Assembly: GCA_020184695.1 (NCBI GenBank)
Contig: JAANOX010000249.1
Span: 12,739-76,738, forward strand
Length of the DNA: 64,000 nt
Source: Histomonas meleagridis 2922-C6/04-290x
Taxonomy: Eukaryota; Protista; Parabasalia
Direction: 5' to 3'
Shown here piece by piece: positions 47,190-58,725 of the stretch. Position numbers and translations under genes: made by a program. The notes beneath the pieces were generated by a model. It searched no databases. It was not told the origin of the DNA and was given only the letters and a program-made list of their open reading frames with translations. Numbering within the stretch: position 1 is the stretch's first letter; every line of letters starts with the position of its first letter.

Positions 47190-47734
47190 TCCAAAAAAGG
47201 CCAGGATGTAAAGTATTGAAAACTGAGCAAAGCAAGTGAATTTTAATAAACAAAATTGTCTCTAAAGTTTGTATTGTGTCCAAACCATTAATTTAATCTC
47301 TCCCTCAACTGTTAAAATCACAACCATTTTAAGTTGCCAGCAATAATTGTAATATATAAATTTCTTTGTATGTAAATTTAGATTAAAAATCAAAATGAAA
47401 ATGAAAAGAAAAAACACCAAAAGCATGAAACCGACAGGGAATTGCCTTAATTTTATCAATGACCAAACTTTTTTGAGAATATTTATATTCTTTTCGTGAA
47501 CATAATACATATTTTTATAAATAACAACTAAACCAGGAAAAAGGAAATGACATAATTAGTACTATATTTTGCCGAATATTTACTCTTGTTTAAAGATATT
47601 ATTACTCATATCTTCATTTTTTAATTTCAACACATTGATAAAATCTTATTTATAAAAAGTATTACATGCCCTTTTTGCTTTCATTTTACCCTTTTTTTAT
47701 AAATATGAAATCGATTTCTGTTTCACACATATAA

Positions 47735-49420
47735 TTGGGGTGCCCCTTATCCAAACAAGAGCTTCAAATGAAGCCGCCAAAAAAGGAAGTCAATAAACCC
47801 CAAATACTTGCGCCTCCCTTTCTTTGGCTATCATGTCCAAAAATGGGGAAGCCTATACAAGTTCCACGTTTTCCAAATTTTTTTCTAATTCCAATGAAAA
47901 CTCCACTTCCGTCAAATCTTCAAAGGAGTGTTCCACCAAAAATGCAATGGACTATACAGAAAGCAGTTATGAAAGCCAGTAAATATCTAAATTTTCCTGA
48001 AATTTGTTATTACGTTTCTATTGATTTAACAAATGGAAAAGATTTAACTTCGCTTAGTGAATGTAAACTCTCAAATGTAGTTCATTGGCATATTCCTATT
48101 CCAAATGATTATCCAGGCATTTCATTAAAAACATTTTGCGAAAAAATTTACAAAAACTTTGTTTCACCAGGTTATCCCCATGCCATTATGATTAGCTGTA
48201 ACAATGGTTTCAATCGCACAGGTTTTGCCATCTCAGGATTTTTAATGTGGTCAAGTAATTATTCCGCCAAAGAAGCCACAGAAATCTTTGCGCAGGCACG
48301 GCCACCAGGCATATTTTCCAAGGAGGCTATTCCACAGCTTAATAACTATCAAGGAAGTACAGACGAATCATTTTTAGCAACAATATCACCATTACCAGAT
48401 TGGGTCCATATGACTAATTTCACCAAAAATCGAAGTAAAATTGCACTTCCCACAGATTATACTCCCACTTTTATACATAGTGGTGGAATCCTTGAAAAAG
48501 ATCATGACAAAATTAAATCACTTGTCAACCTTCTACGGAGCAACTTAACGAAATATTTCAAGGGTAATCAAGTCGGAGGCTTTAAGCCTACCACTAATGT
48601 CTGGAAAAAGGAATATAAAGAAAATCTCATATCCAAATTTCCATTTCGTTGCACATATGTACCACGTGGAACGCCGACTTTTTTTCTTTGTAATTCAACC
48701 GATTGTTTTTATGTCACTTCTGATTGTCTTCGATTTTGGAAATATGATGCCAATATCAAATGTCCATTGCCAATTGTTTGTACCAGCATATTAAGTTCGG
48801 TATCATTCACAGACGTATTATTTCTCACCGATTTGTTATTAATTGGTGATTTATCCATCAAAAACTACGACTTAGATATTCGATTATCTAAATTATGGCA
48901 TGAAATCTTATCGAACATAACTGAAACGAAATCATTACAATTACGATTTAGAGCTGTTGGACGATTATTGTCTGCAGACTCGATCTTTGAGGTTGTTGAA
49001 AAGATGTTCCAATATGAAGGGTTTAAATGTGATGGAATGTCGTTGATATCGAATGCATTTCCAGTCGGAATGCAATTGTTTGTGCCGATTCATCCTTCGT
49101 TTAAATTAAAATTCCTTTTGAACACTCCGCATGACGCTTTTTTATATGGGAGAAATGAGGGCGCAACTTATTTGTTTCCATGCTTTTATTTCCCTATAAA
49201 AGAAACACCGGAATTGGCGGAGTTGGATAAGTTGACTGTGAGATTCGAAATAGGTTTGCCGAATATGAATTTGATACCAATTGCAATATGTGACGATGAT
49301 GAAAATTGTGATTACGTGGAATATGTTAATGAGGTAATTAGGTTTTATAATGAGAATATGCTCCCACAAAAGGTTATTTCGGAATGCGTTAGAATCGAGA
49401 AAAGAAAAAATAAATTGTAA
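47735..49420 (+). CDS. mRNA capping enzyme-like protein (Cys-phosphatase triphosphatase + degenerate guanylyltransferase)
   Basis: SCNNGFNRTG matches the HCTHGFNRTG CX5R loop. The C-terminal half has GTase-like motif spacing (DLLLIG, CDGMSL), but motif I reads YVPRGT. Start is TTG at 47735 or ATG at 47768. Confidence 0.65.
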   Translation: MGCPLSKQELQMKPPKKEVNKPQILAPPFLWLSCPKMGKPIQVPRFPNFFLIPMKTPLPSNLQRSVPPKMQWTIQKAVMKASKYLNFPEICYYVSIDLTNGKDLTSLSECKLSNVVHWHIPIPNDYPGISLKTFCEKIYKNFVSPGYPHAIMISCNNGFNRTGFAISGFLMWSSNYSAKEATEIFAQARPPGIFSKEAIPQLNNYQGSTDESFLATISPLPDWVHMTNFTKNRSKIALPTDYTPTFIHSGGILEKDHDKIKSLVNLLRSNLTKYFKGNQVGGFKPTTNVWKKEYKENLISKFPFRCTYVPRGTPTFFLCNSTDCFYVTSDCLRFWKYDANIKCPLPIVCTSILSSVSFTDVLFLTDLLLIGDLSIKNYDLDIRLSKLWHEILSNITETKSLQLRFRAVGRLLSADSIFEVVEKMFQYEGFKCDGMSLISNAFPVGMQLFVPIHPSFKLKFLLNTPHDAFLYGRNEGATYLFPCFYFPIKETPELAELDKLTVRFEIGLPNMNLIPIAICDDDENCDYVEYVNEVIRFYNENMLPQKVISECVRIEKRKNKL

Positions 49421-49887
49421 ATGTTTATAATATATTTGTTTTATTTCTTTTTATATATTTTTGTGCAAAATGTAATTAAATGATTGAAAAATGAATTTAT
49501 AAACTTAAAATTCTTTTATAAAAATAATATAGTTACCATCTAGTGAAAGCTGGCCACCAGTAAATTAATTCAAATTTTGTCTAGCTAATTGTATGTAGAA
49601 AAGAAGATCATTGATAATATTAATATTTCATTCATTAATTTTTACATATTATTTTACAAAATACCCATTATAAATATGCAATACATAAATTTAAAATAAT
49701 GAAAAATGATTAAGAAAAAATCTTTCAAGAAGATATTAAATAAGTCACATATGGATTTATCAATAGTTTTACATTGTTAATTATATGGATTACTTTCAAT
49801 ATATATAGCACATTAACAAAAATAAATTTTATAATTATTCCAAAGCAAACAAACAAATATATAATTACAATTACTATTTAACTATTT

Positions 49888-51495
49888 CTACTGGAAAAGG
49901 TTCTCTACTGAATAACATCTCTGGAACTGTTTATCCGGCTCGAACAGCCTCATTTGGGGGTATAGCTTTGCCAAGTCGAATGTTGCGAATTCCTCGATTT
50001 CCTCTTCCACGTTATCATTTGCCTTATACATCATTGACAGAGCAACTCCGATGATCGCTCCTATTTCCTGCCTGTAAAATATTCCGTCCATCACCGACAC
50101 CAACTTTCCGCTTGAGCAGTTTTGTATCTTTTGGAATGTCGGGAAAGACAAAATGAGCAAAGCGGCCGAAAAGTATCTCAAGAAGAGCCACGGCGTCTTC
50201 ACGCACACCAACGCCTCCCATAGCCTTGCGATAGCCTCGGGCGAGAACGATCTTCCGTATGCCAATATGAAAGAGGAAATCAGAAAAGACAAATCGCCAA
50301 GTCCATTCGTACGAAGCCATTTCGAGCATGCGGGATGGAAATGGTCGATGATTGTCATGACTTGCGTGAGCTCTTTCTCTTGCATAACCATCATGTTCTC
50401 TGCAATTAATCCGCTCGAAATACGCTCAACAAATGCAGTGAAACACCAAAATGTTAACGCTTCAGCTTCTTCGAGTGTGAACGTGTCGTTAACATATGGA
50501 ATGAAAATGGTCATAAAAATAGTAGCTAAGTCATTAAGGCCTTGCGTGTAGCGCACGTCCAAGTTCCACATGACAAAAGTACGCAAAACGTTGGTAAGTA
50601 AATTCATCCAATCAGAATATTGCTCAAGAATTTTCGGTGGATGTGTGCGTTTAACATCAACACGGATGGTGGCAAAGGAATCTCGAGCAAGTTTAAAGTA
50701 CTTAAGTTGTGTTTTGGACATACTTGACCATTGTAATTTAATGTTGTTATATTCTTTAATCCGACTGGCTAGAACTTCAGGTCGCCTCTTTGGGTCAAAT
50801 GGTAAGATATTCAACAGAATTGGCCAGACAATGTGTCGAATCGTTGGTTCAATACCATGATTCTTAACGGTCGTCTTGAGCTCAGTTAATGATTTTAACT
50901 CTTTGATTTGTTCTAATGTAAGTGGGGTTTTTGTGAAGCTTTCGGAATGGATACCAAACTGTGATATAATGTGAAGATCAGGTTTGACAAATTCATATGG
51001 AATGGTGATGCCATTCATACTAAAATCAGGAGGAAGTATAATGTCGGAGTTCTCAACATTGATTTCAAAAAGATGGTAATGATCCATGTTGGTTGTGTAT
51101 GAGTCGATAATGAAATCAACTGCATTTTCAAGTGTGTTTTCCGATTCAGAAAGTTTGGGCATTTGGTGGGTAATGGCAATGGTTTGCGCAAAAGCTAGAA
51201 GTTGATAAGATGAGTTAGGTGGGAAAAGAAATTGATGCATGCTAGAAGGATTAATGGTATTAATTAACATATAGGCTTCTTTAGATTGATAGTTTAACAT
51301 TATCTTTTGGATATTGGATGTCTTAAGAATTAGTTCAGCTTTTGGCAAATCAGTTTTTTGATACTCACGCCACCAAAAAATAATATCAGTAGATGTTTTA
51401 GCAATAATAAAGGCTCCTCGTAGTTTTCCACGTGCAGGAAAATCTGTTGAAACTTGGTGGAATATAGAAAGGATCGATTTTGTGTTGTCCGACAT
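49888..51495 (-). CDS. TBC (Rab-GAP) domain protein, Gyp7/TBC1D15-like
   Basis: RHIVWPILL, IRVDVKRT (Arg finger), YTQGLNDL (Gln finger), FWCF. Confidence 0.92.
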   Translation of the reverse strand: MSDNTKSILSIFHQVSTDFPARGKLRGAFIIAKTSTDIIFWWREYQKTDLPKAELILKTSNIQKIMLNYQSKEAYMLINTINPSSMHQFLFPPNSSYQLLAFAQTIAITHQMPKLSESENTLENAVDFIIDSYTTNMDHYHLFEINVENSDIILPPDFSMNGITIPYEFVKPDLHIISQFGIHSESFTKTPLTLEQIKELKSLTELKTTVKNHGIEPTIRHIVWPILLNILPFDPKRRPEVLASRIKEYNNIKLQWSSMSKTQLKYFKLARDSFATIRVDVKRTHPPKILEQYSDWMNLLTNVLRTFVMWNLDVRYTQGLNDLATIFMTIFIPYVNDTFTLEEAEALTFWCFTAFVERISSGLIAENMMVMQEKELTQVMTIIDHFHPACSKWLRTNGLGDLSFLISSFILAYGRSFSPEAIARLWEALVCVKTPWLFLRYFSAALLILSFPTFQKIQNCSSGKLVSVMDGIFYRQEIGAIIGVALSMMYKANDNVEEEIEEFATFDLAKLYPQMRLFEPDKQFQRCYSVENLFQ

Positions 51496-52441
51496 CTGGT
51501 AAAAGCAATTTCAATCAGACATAGTCAATTTCGATGCAGTTTTAATGTTGGAACGGATTATATATTTATAGAATGAAGTAAATTAAATCAAACATTATAA
51601 ATATAGTAAAACCAACGATATACTTCTCTGTAAATAAAGTTTTTATGTTTACAAAATTTTTAAATTATCAATGAATGAAAACCACTGGAATGAATTTTAT
51701 ATTTATTCATTATTAGAAATAATAATTCACACACTATAAATGCTGACAAAAATAGTTATTACTTGATAATGATGAAGATATACTTAAACTAAAAAAAATT
51801 GATCGAACACGACAAATTGTTTCAAACTATACAAATATTGAATTGGTGGTTCATTTGACGGTTATAGTACGCCTTTTTCAAATTTACTTAAAAGAATTGC
51901 GGTTATAAAATAAATAAATTGAATTTAAATTGTCAGCAATACAAATATAGAACGTTCTTTTATGGATCATCCGAACTTGGAGTTCCCTGCTTCTCTAAAA
52001 ATTTCGTACACATTGTAATAAAGAGAATTTTCCTGATACAAGTATCAAATGATTTTATGCAATGAATAACATTTAAAAATAATGTCTGCATAAGTTAGAA
52101 AATAAAATGCATTTTATGTTTTTTATATACAAACACAAAAATTTCAAATCTCGAATTGAGTAGGAACTAGAAATAATATTAGTATATATTTTAAGGAGTG
52201 TAATAATTAAGTTAATGAAATGGCAATTACATTATTTTTTATGTTTAACAAACTTATATTTGGTTTAATAGTTGCAAAAAAGCTGACCAAGAAGGATTTT
52301 TCAAAGTAGCTTAAAAATCATTAATATTCTCATTGCGAACTTTCTTTTAGATGGATTTTTTTCCACCTCACATATGAATTGGTCAATAACAATATTTTTC
52401 AATGCGTTATTAATATTCTGTACTTTACTCAGGAACAAGAG

Positions 52442-54376
52442 ATGAACAAGGATCTGGCATCCACTGTTTTGCAATTTCTCGATGATCCTCAGTCAAATAA
52501 TTATGATCCTATTTACATGGAAATTTGGGACAACTGGGATCAAAGTCACCAAATAATGATGAAAAATTGTTTGATAACAATTATTTCTCAAGTTTGTCTT
52601 TCAATGTTAAAAATAGAAGCAAAGCCTGACCAAAGTGAACTAGATCTCATGGCAGAGAGGTTAGTTTATTTTAACACGAAAGTTATGATTTTGATAAATT
52701 TATTTATTTTTTATGATTCGCAAGTAGAGCAACAAGACTCTGTTGTAGGAATTGCTTCAGGTATTATTTTATCCAAATATCTTAATCAAGAAAAAAACGT
52801 TACAATGCTTCAAAAATCTATGTCAGAATTGTTTTCGATTTTATTTCGAGAGAACATTGAAATACCACCAGCAGTACATCTTATATGTCACTTTGTTTAT
52901 TTAATTTCGCCTGATTTATATGCAAGAATATTTGATTATACCATTCGAACAGAAATTAATATTTATTCAGAAACTCTATCATTTGAAAACCAAGCGTTTG
53001 AAGAAACATTAGATTTCCTTCAGCAATACTTAATTATCCAAGAAAAACTTAACAATTGTTTTGAAGCATCAACAGTTAATCTTTTCCACAATTTATATTT
53101 TAAAGACATTGTAACCCCTGTTATAGATAAGCTTGTGAACAAGGAAACAATTGAGTATTCATCACAAAATCCGATCGTTTTTCAAAAACTTTGGAACATT
53201 GTTAAAAGTGGAGATGAAGCATGGGAAACAGACCTCATAAAGTTCTATAAAGCAGCCATCAAGGAAAACCTTGACAAAATACCCACAAATCCGTATTTCG
53301 ACTTCTGCGTTCAAGTTTCCGATTATTACGAACAGACCCTTCAAATTGTGCATGAAGTGTTCGGTGAAGCCGCCGAAACCGCCAGACGAGCGGTGTCGAG
53401 CACTTTTGGGCAGTTTTTGGAGGAGAAGACGTTTGTGCATGAAGTTTGCATTTTAATTGACCGAACACTCAAGCCATTGCCATTTGTTAACTCGCTCAGG
53501 GAATTCTTTTTAGAGAACCCTGACTTTGAAGAGGTTTATAAAAGTTATATGGCTCATAGGCTTCTAACAAATCCAAATGTTGAAGTTGAACAAGAACTTA
53601 TTGATTCATTCCAAGAATCTGGTATTATCCTTGAAAAGGCTAAACTTCTTCTAAAAGATTTTGAAGAATCGCCTACTACAAAAATTGAAATTAATGGAGT
53701 TGAAGTTTCTCTTATCCTCCTTAATCAATTTTGTTGGTCAGTACTTCATGCGCCTACATATAACCCACCAAAATTATTCCAAGATATTTTTGAGGAAGCA
53801 TATAAATCATTAAATTTTGATCTTTATCGGAAAGTTATTCGAATGAACGACCGATGGTCAAACGTAGAGTTTAGCGATGGTACCACCACCTTTTCTCTTC
53901 CCTTTTTCCACGCGTGTTTTGTTCAGACGATACTTGAACGTGGGCCGTTAACAGAAATGGCACTTTTGAGTTCACTTCACCTTACGGAAAACGAAGCGAA
54001 ACAAGCCCTGGAATTCTTATATAGTTCCAAGATACTCTCTAAAACTGATGGTGTAGTTTCATTTGCAGGACCACCGATTCAGAATTCAGAGTTTGCTGAG
54101 AACAGTGAAGATCAAATTGTTGTTGTGCAAGAACCCGAAGATCTCGCGTTATATACAGACTGCAGCGATCAGATACGGGCGTCAATTATCCGGTTCCTCA
54201 AGCAGAGAAGGTTTGCGCTGGCAAGCGAAATCAAAGAAGAAGTCTTCAGATTTGTGCCGAAGCAATTTCCGGTGACAGAAGAAAAGATCGAAAGTTGTTT
54301 GAAGAAGTTGGTTGAGATGGAATTGATAATGCATCACGGCGGAAAGTCAGATACATATAGATACAAGCGATATTAA
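52442..54376 (+). CDS. Cullin-family protein
   Basis: FEEVYKSYMAHRLL, ILLNQFCW, QIRASIIRFLK (neddylation-site region), winged-helix C-terminus; ATG at 52442 preferred. Confidence 0.82.
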   Translation: MNKDLASTVLQFLDDPQSNNYDPIYMEIWDNWDQSHQIMMKNCLITIISQVCLSMLKIEAKPDQSELDLMAERLVYFNTKVMILINLFIFYDSQVEQQDSVVGIASGIILSKYLNQEKNVTMLQKSMSELFSILFRENIEIPPAVHLICHFVYLISPDLYARIFDYTIRTEINIYSETLSFENQAFEETLDFLQQYLIIQEKLNNCFEASTVNLFHNLYFKDIVTPVIDKLVNKETIEYSSQNPIVFQKLWNIVKSGDEAWETDLIKFYKAAIKENLDKIPTNPYFDFCVQVSDYYEQTLQIVHEVFGEAAETARRAVSSTFGQFLEEKTFVHEVCILIDRTLKPLPFVNSLREFFLENPDFEEVYKSYMAHRLLTNPNVEVEQELIDSFQESGIILEKAKLLLKDFEESPTTKIEINGVEVSLILLNQFCWSVLHAPTYNPPKLFQDIFEEAYKSLNFDLYRKVIRMNDRWSNVEFSDGTTTFSLPFFHACFVQTILERGPLTEMALLSSLHLTENEAKQALEFLYSSKILSKTDGVVSFAGPPIQNSEFAENSEDQIVVVQEPEDLALYTDCSDQIRASIIRFLKQRRFALASEIKEEVFRFVPKQFPVTEEKIESCLKKLVEMELIMHHGGKSDTYRYKRY

Positions 54377-54611
54377 CCAATTAATAAATAAATAATTTTT
54401 TTGGTGTTTTTGTTTTTACAAAAATGAATAAATAAAATGTTTGTATTTATTACTTGTTTCGAAATTTGATAAATTGGTTCTCATTTGATATTACAAATGG
54501 AAATATTTGATATTTCTTTGAATTGTGATCAAGTTTTCTATGAATAAAATTGAGTTTATTTGGAGGAATACCAATTTTGATTGATTTAAAAAATATATAT
54601 TATAAGACAAA

Positions 54612-55286
54612 ATGCTTACACTTATATGGCTTACAATTGTAATTACACAAGAAAACAATACTAATATAAGCTCACAATATACATCAAGTTTTAATGAATC
54701 ATGTTCTAAAAATTTAGATAAAGAAGAAATCTATGATATATGCAAAAATAATGAAACTCAAGAATCGAAAGGAAAAAAATTTAAAACATGGATAAAAAAT
54801 GTAAAAGGTAAAACAGTAAATTTTTTAACAAAATTAATACCACCAAAATTTAAAAGAACAAATTCTCAAATATCCAATGAAACCAGCACAAAAGCAGATA
54901 CAATAAACATTACAAATTCTAACACTTTATATCATAAAAAACAAAAGAAAACAAAAAGATCTAAAATTTACAAAAAATTAAATAAAAAAATAAGCAAAAC
55001 TAATATTACCAATAATATCTTGAATCATCAGCAAAATAACATTACAAAAACTAATGAAAAAAACAACCAGCAGATAAAAGTTCAAGGAAATTTAAAAAAT
55101 GCAATGCAAGTAACAAAAACAGCTCCAAAAAAGAATTCAACAGATTTATTTAAAACGAAAGAATTTATAATTATCTCTATAATAGTTGCAGTATTGTTAA
55201 TTGTGATTCTCATTATTTTTTGTTGCTTTAACAAGAAGAAATCCAATGGGATTAATCAGAATCTAGGTGATGAATTGCCATATTAA
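54612..55286 (+). CDS. Hypothetical N/K/T-rich type I membrane protein
   Basis: Signal peptide, low-complexity ectodomain, TM FIIISIIVAVLLIVILIIFCCF, short tail. Confidence 0.7.
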   Translation: MLTLIWLTIVITQENNTNISSQYTSSFNESCSKNLDKEEIYDICKNNETQESKGKKFKTWIKNVKGKTVNFLTKLIPPKFKRTNSQISNETSTKADTINITNSNTLYHKKQKKTKRSKIYKKLNKKISKTNITNNILNHQQNNITKTNEKNNQQIKVQGNLKNAMQVTKTAPKKNSTDLFKTKEFIIISIIVAVLLIVILIIFCCFNKKKSNGINQNLGDELPY

Positions 55287-56308
55287 AAAATTCTAATTTC
55301 TTGCAATACAAAGCTACTACAAGAGTATTCTGGAGTAATTTCACAAATTACAAAACAAAAGTTTAACTATTTAGCAGATCATTATTATTAAATGTATAAA
55401 ATTCCTTAAGATGAATGTTGTAAATTTTTATAAAAACTTTGCTTTTAGAATCATTATGCTAATATATTTAAAAATATAATATTATAAAAATTTAAGTAAT
55501 TTTATTAATAATAAATAAAATAAAACATTTATATTTAATAATTTCTTTAAAAAATATAAATTGATCAATTTGTCTTAGGTTTGAATGCCTTGGTTCATCT
55601 CTTGGTGTCTTTTTTATTTTCTTTGTTTCTGGTATTTCTCAAATTGAAAAATGTTTAGGAAACTTTTTAATGATGGTAATGCAAGCAGTGAAAGTCTTTG
55701 GCACTATGGGAAATTTAGTTTTTATTATATGGGAAAAATTCGATTGAGCAATGTTTATAGTTGTTTTCCAGAAACATGAAAGTCGTCTTTTTATATTTTA
55801 TTTAGTTTTGTGTGTTTTGCTATTGAACAAGGGTAAACATGAGCATAATAACAATGATTGCACTTTGGATCAAATATTTTGATAATATTTTTTTCAATTA
55901 AATTTTATTTAATCTTTTCCATCTTTAAGATTCTTGTGTTTCTTAACATTACAAAAACTGTTAAATAATCGAACATGCCTATCGTCCTCATGGTTGCCGG
56001 TTATTTGAATTGCAATTCAATCTGTTAATTGTGTTGAAACAAACTTTTTGAGCGCTCAAATCCGTTCCTTTGATGCAAAACGATATCATTTTCTTTCTTT
56101 CATTTTTTTGTCTTCGACAATTTAAATAAGGAAACTTCCTGTCACTTTTCATAAAAATCATTACGTTTCAGCTTTGTGAACATCTTCCGATTGCAAAAAC
56201 AACAAAACGCGCCCCAGTAAAAGTTATACAAATGAACAGACGAAAAGGAGAAGCGGTTGAAGCTCTCTGTATCGTTCTTAACTGATTTATTAGCAAGTTT
56301 CTCAAGTT

Positions 56309-58109
56309 TTGGCACGAATGTGTTATTCCATCTTGGTTTTTCCCATACATTTCTTTTGCTTACTACAAACCTCACCAAAAAACTTAGGCTCAAAGATTTT
56401 TAGTGATCAATTATCTATTTCTCAAACTCAACAGTACTCCCCATGCCTTACTTTAAAATCCAAGTGGGAGACATGCTTTTCATTCTCATGCCTTAATAAA
56501 AAGAATGTATCCATCAAAGTCACCAATTTTATTATGCTAAAAGACAATGAATTAAATCCATTTAATATCAGCACAAGAAGATATCAGTGCCATTCCCCTT
56601 TGCTAGAATTACCTATTTCATACGTTAAACAATGTTTCCAATTCTTTTCTTTAGCACCTAATCATTTTTCACATTTAGCAATGCCAATGAATAATAGTTT
56701 CATAAAGAAAACGTTCAAATTAAATGAAAGTGTTCAAGCTCTAATTCGTTACTTTTTTGTTTTGGGATTTTTTTTATGTTATGAAATTAAATTTTTACTT
56801 AACAAAATAAAAACAAACGAAAAGAAAAAACATAATAAATGTTTTAATTTTTGTTATATTTTTCATAAATTCTTTTCAATTATTTTATGATAATAATTTA
56901 ACATTAACAATCACAAATTCAAATGATTTTAATGAGATTGACCAATATCAAAACAACACTAAATTTATAAATATTCGTGAAGGAATTTATACCATTCCAA
57001 GTGGTGCATTTTCAGAATGGCCATTAGTTATTTCAGTTAATTTTGGTAATTCTATAACACATATTGGTGGTTATGTGCTTTCATCATGTTCACATTTAGA
57101 AACGATTATATTTGGAAGAAATGTTACATATATTGGTGGTTCATCATTTTCATTCTGTTCATCAATCAAAAACATTCCGATACCGAATTCAGTCACATCG
57201 ATTGGTGGTGGAGCATTTTCAACATGTTCTAATTTAATGATATTAAGACTTGGTTCTGGAATAATAGAAATTGGCGAAACAGCATTTGGTAATTGTTATA
57301 ATCTTGAATGCATTTATTATTATGGTGATACAGAACCAGATATTGGAACAAATGCATTTTATAATGTTACAGCAATAGTTATAACATATCGAACATATGT
57401 CAAAAGTAACTTTGGTACATTAAACGTTATCAAATCATATTCAACAGGAAATTGCAAACCAATTCCAACACTTTCATTTTCATCATCAGATACATATTCA
57501 CAGTCAAATACATTCAGTCGAAGTAATACATATTCACAGTCAAATACATATTCTCAAACACATGCATTCAGTTGTTGTCACACATTTCGTCAGTCAAATA
57601 CATTCACTGAATCGTTTGAAAGCGATTTCACATTTTCGTTATCATATACATTAACGTATACATTGACAATTGCATATTCATTTACATATTACGAAACGCA
57701 AACAAGATCACTTTCATTATCCATATTTCATTCAACATTTTCATATATTGAAACTGAATTTCTTTATTATGATTACACATTTATTATTTTTTCAACTTAT
57801 TATATTTATTATTCAAATTTCATTACATTTATTTATAACAATGAATTTCAAACAAAAGATAACAAAACAACAATTATCATAATAGTCGTTTGCGTTATTG
57901 TTGCTGTTATTATAATTTCATTGCTTATTATCTTATTGATACGAATTAAAAATAAAAAAGAAGAAATTGCTGAAAATGAAATTTCAGAACAACAAAATGA
58001 TAATAACCAAACAACAAACACATTCGTAACAGGAATATCTATATCAAATATTGAAGAAGATCCTTTTGCAGATGACTTCAAAGAAGAGAAATTCATTGAG
58101 CAAATGTAA
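56309..58109 (+). CDS. BspA-like LRR surface protein, paralog of 9349-11532 (1-nt frameshift near 56825-56845)
   Basis: The LRR frame is open upstream of 57075 back to about 56830 and aligns to paralog 1 (LTLTITNSNDF vs TLTISDSNDY). It has SxTxSQ hexapeptide stalk repeats, a TM helix and the same EEDPFADDFKEEKF tail. Start uncertain (56309/56318 or 56839). Confidence 0.75.
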
Positions 58110-58725
58110 TTGAGATAAATAAATAATAATATATTGTATGTTCTAAATGTGAATCATTTTGAGTATAATCGATTCAACGTCACCTCGTTATTATCTTGCA
58201 ACTTTAATTTTAGTAATGTGCTTTTTGTTTTTGTAAAACTTTTGAAAAAAAATTATTGTTATATAACTTAGTTTTAGTAAACATACTAAGTAAATATACT
58301 ACTTATATTATGATTTGATACTTATTCACACATTTAGAATGGCTTATGCAGTACTTTAATCCATCTTGTTTATTCATTTTTTTACATTTGATCATTTTGA
58401 TCATTGTTTAGATCTCTTTTGTTCATTCATTTAATGTATTTCGATTGGTTATTTCGTATCACTCTATCATTCACATCTAATGTGATCATTTTTGCATATA
58501 ATATTTTTTTTATTTAAATAACTATTTTTTAATTAAATTATGATACTTTGAAAAAAAAAAAATATCATTCTACTAAAAACTCCATAATAGGAAATACATT
58601 AGACAATTAAATATGTATAATTTTTTGAAGAAACAATTTTAAACTCTGAATCGATTATGTCAATAAAAATTTTTATCGCTTGTCGTTTTCTGTCACTTTT
58701 TGGCCGTTGTCAAATCTGAATTCAT

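Noticed and set aside
50024-50860. Plus-strand ORFs overlapping the TBC gene (and similar shadows on Hsp70, cullin and DUF4838)
   Set aside because: Antisense or alternate-frame shadows of GC-richer coding sequence, with no domain signal.
55600-56300. Cys/His-containing minus-strand fragments suggesting a zinc finger or transposase relic
   Set aside because: Too fragmented; no terminal repeats or coherent motif could be supported.
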